Shown: positions 29,527 through 41,417, counted from the first letter of the stretch. The stretch is DNA of 64,000 nt from Arcobacteraceae bacterium (GCA_965224485.1 CBDCZH010000015.1:352001-416000); one strand, 5' to 3'. Notes: generated by a model from the letters alone, not told the origin. Numbers and translations are program-made.

Positions 29527-30688
29527 TTTTCTTCTTCGTATGTTTAAATGATATAAAAAATAGTATTACAAAAGCAAAAGAGACAAAGATAAAAGGAAGA
29601 GTTGGACTAAATTGATAAAGAGTTGTACTTACAATTGGACCAAGAACTATACCCATTCCTTGTGCTGCTGATACTGTTCCAGAAGCTGCTCCTTGCTCAT
29701 GTTTTGTTACTAAATTTACTGCTAAGGTTTGAAAAGCAGGAAAAATCATTCCCATACCAAAAGTACCTATACTAAAACCTAAAATTAAAACCAGTTCTTG
29801 GTTTGTAAAAATAACAATCAAATATCCAAATGCTGAAATTAAAGAACCTATTTTAAGTAAAGAATATGGATCTATTTTAATTTTTGAAATAATAACTTGA
29901 GAAAGAATAAAAGCAACACCAACACAAGATAAAGCAAAACCTGTAGTTTTTGCACCTTGTATTAAATCAAGGTTTAATTTATCAATAATAAAAAACCCTA
30001 TACAAACTTGAGAGGTTACTACTCCAAACATTACTATAAAAGCTGCAATCATGGGGAGTCTTAATCGTTTATCAAATACTTTTGGTGCAACAACACTATC
30101 TTTTACTAAAACTTTTTCACTAGGTAAAGAATAAAAAAGTATTACGGTCGCAAGAAGAGGAAGAATTGCAAAGGTATAAAGAGGAACAGATAAACCATAA
30201 GAAGCTAAAAAACCACCAATACTAGGACCTATAATCATAGCAATACCACTTGTAGCTGCTAGTTTTGCTATATAAGTTGTTCTTTTTTCTTCTTCAATAT
30301 GATCTGCTATTAAAGCATTTGAAACAGGAGTAATAGCTGAATAAAAAGCACCTATTGCACCTCTTGTTACTAATAAAACTGCTAAAGATATAAAAATAGC
30401 AGGTGGAGTAACAATAGCATAATCAACAAATATTGCTAGTATTAAATATGCTACAGCAACACCAGCAACACCTATTATTAAAATTGGTTTCCTTCCAACT
30501 ATATCACTTTTTCTACCCCAATATCTTGATAAGAGAACCCATAAAACTCCTCCTAATGAAACAGTTAATCCAGCATGCCACTCTTGCATATTTAATGCTC
30601 TTATAATTGGACCAACTACTGCTAAAAATGCCATCATTGCAGAAACACATAAAACATTTACAAGCATTAAAACTTTTATTTCTTTCAT
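29519..30688 (-). CDS. MFS transporter (TetA/DHA1-like)
   Basis: WGRKSDIVGRKP motif A, GPSIGG motif C, ~12 TM segments. Confidence 0.8.
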   Translation of the reverse strand: MKEIKVLMLVNVLCVSAMMAFLAVVGPIIRALNMQEWHAGLTVSLGGVLWVLLSRYWGRKSDIVGRKPILIIGVAGVAVAYLILAIFVDYAIVTPPAIFISLAVLLVTRGAIGAFYSAITPVSNALIADHIEEEKRTTYIAKLAATSGIAMIIGPSIGGFLASYGLSVPLYTFAILPLLATVILFYSLPSEKVLVKDSVVAPKVFDKRLRLPMIAAFIVMFGVVTSQVCIGFFIIDKLNLDLIQGAKTTGFALSCVGVAFILSQVIISKIKIDPYSLLKIGSLISAFGYLIVIFTNQELVLILGFSIGTFGMGMIFPAFQTLAVNLVTKHEQGAASGTVSAAQGMGIVLGPIVSTTLYQFSPTLPFIFVSFAFVILFFISFKHTKKKSD

Positions 30689-30697
30689 TTTTTTACC

Positions 30698-31960
30698 TTA
30701 ATATTGAATATTTATTTTAGCACTAACATTTTTTTCATCACTAGAAGTATTATTTACTTCTGAACTAAGAATTGAAGTTAAGTTAAGAGATGAATAAAGA
30801 GCTAATAAGCCTATAACTGAACCTATTACAATCATAGTTGGGTATCCAAAGATTCCCGCAAAAGATACAGCTAGTCCACTAGCTACAATTCCTGAAAACA
30901 TATAAATACTATGTTGCATAGCAAACTGTGAAGCTGGAAATTCTGATGAAACCTCATCCATCATAAGAGTTGTCATTACAACAGAAGAAGGAGAATAAAA
31001 GCTAAAGATAAAGCCAACTACTAACATGGCGATAAAGCTGCTATTGTACTCACTTTGCAACATAAAGAGAAGTAAAATTCCTATGATTTGTCCTAATGAA
31101 GATATAATCAAAATATTTTTTCTCCCATATTTACTAATAAACCAAGATGCTAAGAAAGCTGATAATACCCCTATTCCAAAACCTACAATATGAACAGCAA
31201 AACCAATTTTGTCTAAACTCCACTCTTCATCAACTAATATTGGAGTAATTAAACCATACGCCATGCTTATTGTCAAAGGATATACAAGAAGTAATAAAAG
31301 CCATTTTTTTCTTTTCTCACCTTTCCAAAAATCTAAATATTGTTTATAATTTATTTTATTTTTATCTTTAGATCTTTTTGTCTTTTCTTCTTTATAAATA
31401 ATTATTTGAAGTAAAGATATAGAAGTTGCAATAGCTAAAGCAATCATAGTATAAGCCCAACCATAAGAGGAATAAATAATCAATCCAACCCCACTACCTA
31501 GTACCATTCCAACCATACCACCTGCTGATTTCATTGCATTTGCACTTGGTCTTTGTGAGGAAGAAACACTTTTATAAACTAAAGCATCTACTGCTATACT
31601 CTGAGAGGCTGATAAAAAAGCAAATATTACACTTAAACTTATTACCATTTCAAGATTTGCAAATAAATCAAATAAAGAGCTTAGAAATAATACTAAGACC
31701 ATTAATGCTTGAAATATTATAATCCAAGCCTTATAATGCCCAAATCTTTTAAATTCAATTCTATCTATAAAAGGTGCCCATAAAAATTTTAGTACCCAAA
31801 ATAGACCTAAAAAATATACAAAACCTAGATTTTCTAAAGGCATTCCATTTCTTCTCAAAATGGCAATAAGTGCTTCTGTAAAAAAAGCCAATCCTAAAAA
31901 CTGTGTTGTATAAAGTGAAAATAATAAAGCAGTATGTTGTTTTGTAAGTTTTTTTCTCAT
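30698..31960 (-). CDS. MFS permease, YbtX/RhtX/FptX-like
   Basis: LYTTQFL, WVLKFLWAPFID, GHYKAW and SASQSIAVDAL motifs. Confidence 0.8.
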   Translation of the reverse strand: MRKKLTKQHTALLFSLYTTQFLGLAFFTEALIAILRRNGMPLENLGFVYFLGLFWVLKFLWAPFIDRIEFKRFGHYKAWIIIFQALMVLVLFLSSLFDLFANLEMVISLSVIFAFLSASQSIAVDALVYKSVSSSQRPSANAMKSAGGMVGMVLGSGVGLIIYSSYGWAYTMIALAIATSISLLQIIIYKEEKTKRSKDKNKINYKQYLDFWKGEKRKKWLLLLLVYPLTISMAYGLITPILVDEEWSLDKIGFAVHIVGFGIGVLSAFLASWFISKYGRKNILIISSLGQIIGILLLFMLQSEYNSSFIAMLVVGFIFSFYSPSSVVMTTLMMDEVSSEFPASQFAMQHSIYMFSGIVASGLAVSFAGIFGYPTMIVIGSVIGLLALYSSLNLTSILSSEVNNTSSDEKNVSAKINIQY

Positions 31961-33721
31961 TTATAAATTCCACTGTTTTATTCTATTTTGAGCTTGAGTC
32001 ATATCATAATATTTGCCTTTTTTAGCAAGTAAGGAAGCATGTGTTCCTTGCTCTTTTATTTTTCCATCTTGCATTACTAAAATTGAGCTTGCATGTGAAA
32101 TGGTTGATAATCTATGAGCTATAACTATTACTGTTTTATTTATTATTAACTCATCTAAAGCATTTTGGACTGCAACTTCACTTTGTGTATCAAGAGCAGA
32201 AGTAGGTTCATCAAGAATAACAATAGGAGAATCTTTGAGTATAGCTCTGGCTATGCTTATTCTTTGTTTCTCTCCACCACTTAGATTTCCACCAATCTCG
32301 CCTACTTTTGTTTCATAAGCATTTGGAAGTTTCATTATAAACTCATGACAATATGCTTTTTTGGCTGCTATTTTAACTTCTTCTTCACTTGCACTTGATT
32401 TTCCCATGCGAATATTATTTAAAATAGTATCATCAAATAAATACACATCTTGAAAAACTACAGAGATATAAGACATAAGTTGAACTTGAGTCATATTTTT
32501 AATATTAACTCCTCCTATAAAAACATCTCCTAAACTTGGATCAGCATATCTCATTATAAGTTTTGTAATAGTAGTTTTTCCAGAACCACTAGCACCTACA
32601 ATTGCACTTAAAGAATTTGACTTAATATGAAGAGAAACTCCATCTAAAGCTTTGTTATCATAATTCATATAATTAAAATCAACTTTATTAAATCTTACAT
32701 CAAATTTTATAGGAGTTTTAAGAGGTTTATTTATTTCTAAATCTTTTTTACTTAATATATCTTGAATATATTTAAATCCAATTTCCATAACATCTAAAAC
32801 ACTAGCAATTGCAAGAAAATTTGCTAAAGGTTCAGATAATCTTCCTAAAATAACTAGAAGTGCAACTAAAGATGCAATACTAATTGTTTCATCTACTATA
32901 AATAAAGCACCTAAAGATAATACTAATAAAAATACAAACTCTATTAAAGTATTCATAATTGCTAAAGGAAAAATTGAAGAAAAAACACCACTTTTTTGAA
33001 CTTCTCTAGCTTTTTTTATAGATTTTTGTAAATTTTTAGCATTTAGTCCTACTTGATTAACTGCTCTTAAAACAGGTAAACCTTGTAAATACTCTATAGT
33101 ATCTGCTTCAAGAGTAGAAGCAACTTTTAGATTATTAGTTTTTTCTTTTTTTGCTTCACTACGACTCCATTTATAAATAGGAATGGATAAGAAAAAAGCA
33201 ATAAGCATAGCAAGAGCTAATTTTATATTTATAAAAAATGTTGCTAAAACAATAATTAAAGGTACAACTATTGCTTCAAGTCCCATACCTGCAACAACTC
33301 CCATATGCAATACTGATTGGTCTACATTTGAGGCTAAAATAGAGTTTAACTCACCTGTTCTGTACTTATTTAAAGCTTCTAAAGGCATAGTTTTAATTTT
33401 ATTGCCCAACTTTACTCTTAAGTCATGGGTGATATCTATTAAATCACTTGAATAATTAAAATTTAAAGCATACCAGTGAAAAGTTAAGGAGAAGAGAGTA
33501 GAAACAACTATTAGAGCAAAATATAAAAGTGCATCATTTAAAATAAAGACCTCACTAAACATAAAACTTAATAAAGGAAAAAACAATATAAAAGCTAATG
33601 CTCTAGTAATATAAGAGAGTATATAAAAAAGATAAGATCTTTTCAAAATACTTGCTTTATTTCCTGCAATTTTAGTTGTTATTTCATAACTTTTGGCAAA
33701 TGAAGATACTTCTTCTTTCAT
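31961..33721 (-). CDS. Fused ABC permease/ATPase, YbtQ/IrtB-like
   Basis: TM domain with EYLQGLPVLR, then GASGSGKT, LSGGEKQR and DEPTSALD. Confidence 0.85.
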   Translation of the reverse strand: MKEEVSSFAKSYEITTKIAGNKASILKRSYLFYILSYITRALAFILFFPLLSFMFSEVFILNDALLYFALIVVSTLFSLTFHWYALNFNYSSDLIDITHDLRVKLGNKIKTMPLEALNKYRTGELNSILASNVDQSVLHMGVVAGMGLEAIVVPLIIVLATFFINIKLALAMLIAFFLSIPIYKWSRSEAKKEKTNNLKVASTLEADTIEYLQGLPVLRAVNQVGLNAKNLQKSIKKAREVQKSGVFSSIFPLAIMNTLIEFVFLLVLSLGALFIVDETISIASLVALLVILGRLSEPLANFLAIASVLDVMEIGFKYIQDILSKKDLEINKPLKTPIKFDVRFNKVDFNYMNYDNKALDGVSLHIKSNSLSAIVGASGSGKTTITKLIMRYADPSLGDVFIGGVNIKNMTQVQLMSYISVVFQDVYLFDDTILNNIRMGKSSASEEEVKIAAKKAYCHEFIMKLPNAYETKVGEIGGNLSGGEKQRISIARAILKDSPIVILDEPTSALDTQSEVAVQNALDELIINKTVIVIAHRLSTISHASSILVMQDGKIKEQGTHASLLAKKGKYYDMTQAQNRIKQWNL

Positions 33722-35505
33722 GATAATTTTTCCTTTGTCTCTAAGTTCCAGTTTTGTGCTTTTTCGTAATTACTCCAAAGATTATAATAAACTCTTTTAT
33801 TAGCTAAAAGCTCTTTATGCTTGCCACTTTCTATTATCTTCCCTTCATCAACAACAATAATTTTATCAACATCTTTTATAGTTGAAAGACGGTGAGCTAT
33901 AACAATAACTGTTTTATCTTTCATAAGATTTGATAAGGCTTTTATAATTTCTTCTTCATTTTGTGGGTCTGCAAAAGCTGTTGCTTCATCAAGAACTATA
34001 ATAGGATTATCTCTTAAAATAGTTCTAGCTATTGTAATTCTTTGTTTTTGCCCACCTGATAAATTTGCACCTCTCTCCCCAACTTGGGTATCGTAAGCAT
34101 TTTCTAGAGTCATTATAAAATCATGTATCTGTGCAGCACGTGCTGCTTTTATAACCTCTTCTTTACTTGCATTTGGATTTGCAATTTTTATATTATTTAA
34201 AATAGTATCAGCAAAAAGAAAAGTATCTTGAAATACAAAAGATACTATATTCATAAGTTCGTGGGATCTAATTTCTTTTATATTAATATCTCCTATATTA
34301 ATACTTCCACTATTTACATCCCAAAATCTAGGAATTAGTTTAGCAATTGTACTTTTTCCAGCTCCACTTGGACCTACAATTGCTACTGTGCTTTTAGGCT
34401 CTACTTTAAAACTGACATTATCTAAGGCATTTTTGCTAGTTTTATCATAAGTAAAAGATACATTTTTAAAAACAATAGACATCTCTTTTGGAAGCTTATT
34501 ATTTGAAGTTTGAAATAAAACTTCAGTATTTAAAACCTCTTGTATTCTTAAAGCTGAAACTTGTGATTTTTTAATAAAATTATTAAGCCACATAACAGGC
34601 ATTAGAGCATCTGCCATACCAGTGCTTAAAAATAGTGCCAAGATTAAAGATGATAATTCTAAAGTTCCATTATCTAAAAGATAAATTCCAGTTAATAAAA
34701 TAGCTAGTAAAGTACTTAAAGGAGTAAGAATAATCATTCCAAGTTTTGCACTCAGGCTTGTTTTTTCCATCCACGCCTTAAGATTTTTTTTATAAGAGAA
34801 TAAAGAATCTGTATATTTTTTAAATGATTCACTTCCATCATCAAAAGTACGAACAACTGGCATTGCTTGAGAGAATTCAATAACTGCCTTATTTATTTGG
34901 GCTTGACTTTGTTCATATTTAACTCGATAGCTAACAGAATCACGCATAGCAAAAAACATAATACTAGCCCCAAGAAGTAAAATTATAATACCTGCAAGAG
35001 CCAAGCGATAATCAACAATAAATAAAATCACCAAAGTGGAGGTAGGAGCAACAACACTTTTAGCTATCATAGGAATACTATCTGCTACAAAAGCATGAAG
35101 TGAACTTACATCATCTTTCATTACTTTTTTTAAAGCACCTGAACCAGTAGAGATAATATATCCTAAAGGAACATTAGCTAGATGTAAAGATAAATTAGTT
35201 CTTAATATTTCTTCTAATTTAAAAGATCCAAGATGAGAAACCATAAAAGAGCAAAGTCTTGTAGTAAAAGCTATGAGTGTAATAATTGAAAGAGAGATAA
35301 TAGTAGTTACTAAATCAAATTCTATATCAAAAAACTTTATAGGTTTTGCATCTAAAAGAGAAGATAAAGTAAAAGATAAAAGAGTTAAACCAAGTATCAA
35401 ACTTAGTGCACCAATGGCTGATAATAAGGTAGATATAAAAATTTCAAAACTAATGGGACGTAAAATAGCCCATAATCCTGTTTTTTGCTTTGTTTGTTTT
35501 GGCAT
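33718..35505 (-). CDS. Fused ABC permease/ATPase, YbtP/IrtA-like
   Basis: SHLGSF..LR..L..HL..VPLG, SGALKK..DDV..LH..VA, GPSGAGKS, LSGGQKQR and DEATAFADP. Confidence 0.85.
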   Translation of the reverse strand: MPKQTKQKTGLWAILRPISFEIFISTLLSAIGALSLILGLTLLSFTLSSLLDAKPIKFFDIEFDLVTTIISLSIITLIAFTTRLCSFMVSHLGSFKLEEILRTNLSLHLANVPLGYIISTGSGALKKVMKDDVSSLHAFVADSIPMIAKSVVAPTSTLVILFIVDYRLALAGIIILLLGASIMFFAMRDSVSYRVKYEQSQAQINKAVIEFSQAMPVVRTFDDGSESFKKYTDSLFSYKKNLKAWMEKTSLSAKLGMIILTPLSTLLAILLTGIYLLDNGTLELSSLILALFLSTGMADALMPVMWLNNFIKKSQVSALRIQEVLNTEVLFQTSNNKLPKEMSIVFKNVSFTYDKTSKNALDNVSFKVEPKSTVAIVGPSGAGKSTIAKLIPRFWDVNSGSINIGDINIKEIRSHELMNIVSFVFQDTFLFADTILNNIKIANPNASKEEVIKAARAAQIHDFIMTLENAYDTQVGERGANLSGGQKQRITIARTILRDNPIIVLDEATAFADPQNEEEIIKALSNLMKDKTVIVIAHRLSTIKDVDKIIVVDEGKIIESGKHKELLANKRVYYNLWSNYEKAQNWNLETKEKLS

Positions 35506-35533
35506 ATATATTCCTAGTTTTTTCTAAACTTAG

Positions 35534-35607
35534 AGTATATAGATATTGATAATTTTTATCAATATCTTATTTATCATAAAAGGATTATCTTTTATTTAAA
35601 AAGGATT
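35534..35607 (-). promoter_or_regulatory. Promoter of the YbtPQ-like operon: -10, strong Fur box, tandem 15-mers
   Basis: TATACT 35534-39; palindrome agatattgataa-ttt-ttatcaatatct 35541-67; tatcataaaaggatt 35572 and tatttaaaaaggatt 35593. Confidence 0.7.
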
Positions 35608-35725
35608 TAAAGACAAAAGTTTAATTTATTAACTAAAAAAATATAATTATAATAAAAAGAGCAAAAGAATTATTTTAGAAAGAATATGCACATTTAATAG
35701 ATTTTATAATGATTAATACTAGTAT

Positions 35726-35755
35726 AAAAGAAGTACTATTACTAATACTTCTTTT
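35726..35755 (-). terminator. pyk terminator
   Basis: aaaagaagta ... tacttctttt inverted repeat after the stop codon. Confidence 0.5.
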
Positions 35756-35773
35756 TCTTTACACTTTTATTTT

Positions 35774-37237
35774 CTACTTTGAAGTTTTTTTATTTTCTTT
35801 AAAATTTAAATAATATGCGATTTCACTCTCATTTAAAATCTTAATAGTATTTGTGCTTCCAGGCATTCCAACTGGATAACCAACAGTTGCAACATAAGGT
35901 CCTTTTTTATTTAAAATACCTTTTTCCTCTAAAGCTTTTAACATCTTATAAAACATTTTAGAAGCATGAGCTTCTTTAATAGTATCTATTGGAACAACAC
36001 CCCAAGCAAGGCAAAGTGAGTTTAAAACTGATTTTTTATGAGCAAAGGCTAAAATAGGAGTTTTTGGTCTATATCTCGACATTCTTACAGCACTTTGTCC
36101 TGAAGAAGTTAAAGCTAAAATTCCTTTTGCATTTATATCATCAGCTAATTTCGTAGCCGTTGCTTGAATTACATCAAAGGTATCTAAATAATTCATTTTA
36201 TACTGTTTTACATAATTATAAATCTCTTCTGTTTTTTTAATAATATTGCTCATAGTTTCAACAACATTAGCAGGATTTTCACCAATAGCACTCTCTTCAC
36301 TAAGCATAACTGCATCAGTTCCATCTAAAACAGCATTTGCAACATCTGAAATCTCAGCTCTTGTTGCTCTTTCATTTGTAGTCATTGATAAAAGCATTTG
36401 TGTTGCAGTAATAACTGGTTTTGAAGCTTCATTTGCTTTTTTGATAAGTTTCTTTTGAATTGTTGGTACATCATAATAAGGAACTTCAATTCCTAAATCT
36501 CCCCTTGCAACCATAAGTCCATCACTAGCTTCTAAAATTTCATCAATATTCTCAACAGCATCAAACTTTTCAATTTTTGCTATTAATTTACCCTTATACC
36601 CATTTAGAAGTTTTCTAGCATGTAACATATCTTCTTCATTTTGAACAAATGAAATTGCAAAATAGTCAACTTTATTTTCTACTCCCCAAGCTATATCTTT
36701 TTCATCTTTTTTTGTAATTACATTAATATCAATTACTGTATTTGGAAAATTTATTCCTTTTCTTGAACTTAAAATTCCATGATTTTCTATTCTTGCAACA
36801 ATGTCTTTACCAGTTTTAATAACTTTGGCTCTAATTGTTCCATCATATAAATATATATACTCATTTTTCTTGACTTTTTGTATAAGTTCTGGATAATTTA
36901 TTGAAACAATATATTTATTATTTTCTTTTTTATATCCTAAAATTTCATCTTTTACAAAAGTTATTTCATCACCCTTATGTAAATCAAAGTTCTCTTTTAA
37001 ATCTCCAATTCTTACTTTTGGCCCTGAAATATCTTGTAAAACTCCAACATTAGTATTTAGATTTTGCATAGCTGTTCTAATATTTTGTAAGGTATTTGAA
37101 TGATATTCATGAGTTCCATGAGAGAAGTTTAATCTAAAAATATTAGCCCCTGCTTTTATTAAAGACTCTATTATTTCTACTGTTTCACTCGCTGGTCCTA
37201 GTGTTGCTAAAATTTTTGTTCTTTTATCCATTAGCAT
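35774..37237 (-). CDS. pyk: Pyruvate kinase
   Basis: RTKILATLGP, RLNFSHG, IAKIE, MVARGDLG, ATQML and PVGMPGSTN motifs. Confidence 0.97.
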   Translation of the reverse strand: MLMDKRTKILATLGPASETVEIIESLIKAGANIFRLNFSHGTHEYHSNTLQNIRTAMQNLNTNVGVLQDISGPKVRIGDLKENFDLHKGDEITFVKDEILGYKKENNKYIVSINYPELIQKVKKNEYIYLYDGTIRAKVIKTGKDIVARIENHGILSSRKGINFPNTVIDINVITKKDEKDIAWGVENKVDYFAISFVQNEEDMLHARKLLNGYKGKLIAKIEKFDAVENIDEILEASDGLMVARGDLGIEVPYYDVPTIQKKLIKKANEASKPVITATQMLLSMTTNERATRAEISDVANAVLDGTDAVMLSEESAIGENPANVVETMSNIIKKTEEIYNYVKQYKMNYLDTFDVIQATATKLADDINAKGILALTSSGQSAVRMSRYRPKTPILAFAHKKSVLNSLCLAWGVVPIDTIKEAHASKMFYKMLKALEEKGILNKKGPYVATVGYPVGMPGSTNTIKILNESEIAYYLNFKENKKTSK

Positions 37238-37368
37238 TTCCTTTTAAATTTAATTATTTTATTTATTATATCTAAAATCATTACAATTTAGTTACACAGC
37301 AATAATTGTAATTCACAATTATTGCACTACTTTAATGTTATAATTTTTTATAAATAAAAGGATAGAAA

Positions 37369-38109
37369 ATGCTTAAAAATAGATATATAAAACAAATATT
37401 ATCAATAATTTTACTTTCAAGTATGTTAGTTTCATGTGCAAGTACAAATGCACAAAATCAACCTATAAGAGATAAACAAACAAATAATACCCAACAAGGT
37501 GCAATTATTGGTGCCTTTGTAGGTGCTCTTATAGGAATAGCTTCAAAAGGTAAGAATAAAGGCAAAAGAGTCTTATTAGGTGGTGCTTTAGGCGCAGCTA
37601 TTGGAGGAGGTATTGGATATAGTATGGACAAACAAGCTGAAGAATTAGCAGTACAATTAGATAGTAAGGTTGATAATTCGCCACAAGCTTTATTAGATCC
37701 AAGCAACGATTTAATTATTTCAAATACCAATTCTTATGTAAAAATAACGTTAAGACAAAGTATGATGTTTAAAACAAACTCTTTTATCCCTACAAAAAAT
37801 GCAGCTTTAAAAATAGATAAGATTTCAACAGTTTTAAGAAGGTACCCAAATACTATAGTACAAGTTGTTGGATTTACTGATAGCAGAGGAACGTATGAAT
37901 ATAATCAAATATTATCAGAAAAAAGAGCAGCTAGTGTTGGTGATATTATTTATAACTCAGGAATAAATAATCAAGTTTTTTCAAAAGGTTGCTCTTATAA
38001 TAATCCAATTATTGTAAATACAAGTAAAAAAAATATGGCATTAAATAGAAGGGTTGAGATATATTTATATCAAAGTGAAGCTAATATTATTGATGCTTGT
38101 TCTAATTAA
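37369..38109 (+). CDS. OmpA-family lipoprotein with glycine zipper
   Basis: Lipobox LVSC, GAIIGA/GAAIGGG zipper, GFTDSRG..YNQILSEKRA and NRRVEI. Confidence 0.9.
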   Translation: MLKNRYIKQILSIILLSSMLVSCASTNAQNQPIRDKQTNNTQQGAIIGAFVGALIGIASKGKNKGKRVLLGGALGAAIGGGIGYSMDKQAEELAVQLDSKVDNSPQALLDPSNDLIISNTNSYVKITLRQSMMFKTNSFIPTKNAALKIDKISTVLRRYPNTIVQVVGFTDSRGTYEYNQILSEKRAASVGDIIYNSGINNQVFSKGCSYNNPIIVNTSKKNMALNRRVEIYLYQSEANIIDACSN

Positions 38110-38132
38110 AGAGTATTTTGTTAAAATATTTT

Positions 38133-39162
38133 ATGAATAAAAATACTCTAAGATTTGATATATATTTTGATACTTGGTTATATGGTAAAGATGCTTATTA
38201 TAGTACTTTCAAAAACATAGGAAAAGAAGGAGATTTTTATACTTCTGTTTCTACTTCTTCTTTTTTTGGAGGAAGTATTGCTAATAATATAATTCATAGT
38301 ATAAAAACTTCAAAATTAAAAGAAAATACTACTATTGTCGAAATAGGAGCCCATAAAGGATATTTATTAGCTGATATTATTCAATTTATTTATACCATAG
38401 AACCAGAACTTCTAAAAACTCTAAATTTTGCAATTGTGGAGAAGTTTAAAGACTTAAGAGAAAAACAAAAAGAATATATAAAAGATAGTTTTGGTGATCT
38501 TATAAATATTACTTTTTATGAAGATATAAAAGATCTTAAAATTAATAATGCTTATATTATTGCAAATGAAATCTTTGATGCTTTTGCTTGCGATCTAGTT
38601 TATACAAAAGATAATATTTTACACTTAGCTTATGTAAATAATCATAAGATTATTTTTGAAGAGTGTAAGGATAAAAAAATACTTGATTTTTGTAAAAAGT
38701 ATAAGATTACAAAAGGTGAAGTTTGTTTAAAATATGAAGATTTTATAAAAAGTTTATATGAAAATATAAATAAATTTATTTTTATAAGTTTTGATTATGG
38801 AAACAAATATCCTAGAAATGATTTCTCACTTAGAATTTATGAGAATCATAAAGTTTATCCTTTTTTTCCAAGATAACTTGAATATAGAAAAACTATATAA
38901 GAACTCTGATATTACTTATGATGTTACATTTTTAATCACTTACTTGATACTTTTAATCTCTATAAAAATATCAAAACTAAGTTTTGTACACAAATGTCTG
39001 CTTTAATTGATTTTAAAATACTTGATTTATTAGAATTATTAAGAGATAAAACTAATGAAACAACATATTCAAAAGAAGTACAAAAAGTAAAAATTCTTTT
39101 AGAAGCTGGTGGTATGGGGAGATAGATTTAAGATGATTGAAGTTAGGAAAAATATATCTTAA
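38133..39162 (+). pseudogene. MidA/NDUFAF7-like SAM-dependent methyltransferase, frameshifted near the 3' end (probably an assembly error)
   Basis: IGKEGDFYTSVS, EIGAHKG, ANEIFDAF, FDYG, SDITYDV and GMGDRFK motifs spread over different frames. Confidence 0.75.
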
Positions 39163-39195
39163 CAGTAATAAAACTACATAAACTTGAGTTAAATT

Positions 39196-39564
39196 TTATT
39201 TAATCTCAAGATTATTATACTCTTCATCCGTAAAAATTCTAGAAACTGTAATAAACTGATAAGACAAATCAATTTCAAGTGAAAAAGAGTTTCCAAAAGC
39301 AGTCTCTTTTTTAACATCAATAGTAATATGAGAATGTTTAAAATACTCAAACTGATCTTTATCTATAAAAAACTCGATACCTGAAATTTCACCTAATTTA
39401 ACATTTTTAGAAGGAACATGGAAATCAGATTTTTTATAACACATAGGAGCTGTTCCATCACAACAACCTCCACTTTGATTAAAAACCAAAGCACCATGTT
39501 CTTTTTTTAAAAGTTCTAACACAGAAGCTGCTTTAGGTGTAATATCTAGACGTTTAGTAAACAT
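39196..39564 (-). CDS. DUF779 protein (aldehyde dehydrogenase-associated)
   Basis: QSGGCCDGTAPMC, QFEYFKH and FSLE motifs; lies downstream of the aldehyde dehydrogenase. Confidence 0.9.
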   Translation of the reverse strand: MFTKRLDITPKAASVLELLKKEHGALVFNQSGGCCDGTAPMCYKKSDFHVPSKNVKLGEISGIEFFIDKDQFEYFKHSHITIDVKKETAFGNSFSLEIDLSYQFITVSRIFTDEEYNNLEIK

Positions 39565-39585
39565 AGAAGTCCTTTTTTATTATAC

Positions 39586-39617
39586 ATTTTACATATTTTA
39601 TATAGCTAAATACTAAC
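39586..39617 (-). promoter_or_regulatory. Alcohol-regulon promoter, degenerate distal half-site (DUF779)
   Basis: Sense strand GTTAGT-attta-GCTATA-N9-TAAAAT. Confidence 0.5.
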
Positions 39618-39623
39618 AAAAAA

Positions 39624-39652
39624 AATGCATAGAAGAAAATCTTCTATGCATT
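39624..39652 (-). terminator. Aldehyde dehydrogenase terminator
   Basis: aatgcatagaaga-aaa-tcttctatgcatt, followed by a U-tract on the minus strand. Confidence 0.75.
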
Positions 39653-39673
39653 AATATCTTTTTTAAAGAAATT

Positions 39674-41182
<1,509 letters not shown>

Positions 41183-41249
41183 TTCTTATCCTTAATTTTA
41201 ATGTAGAAATAATTAAACAAATAATCTTGTTAATCTTTCGATAGTCAAA

Positions 41250-41281
41250 ATCTTACAGATATTTTATAGCCTCAATATAGC
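41250..41281 (-). promoter_or_regulatory. Alcohol-regulon promoter (aldehyde dehydrogenase)
   Basis: Sense strand GCTATA-ttgag-GCTATA-N9-TAAGAT. Confidence 0.75.
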
Positions 41282-41417
41282 AATAAAAAAAGTTTTATGT
41301 ACTTAAGTAAATTTATTGCTCTAAAGCTTATAGATAAGCAATAGTAGCAAGAACATAGCATTAGAAATTTGTCTTTTTTTATATAAATAACCTTTAGAAT
41401 TGTGTTACACTTTTCTT

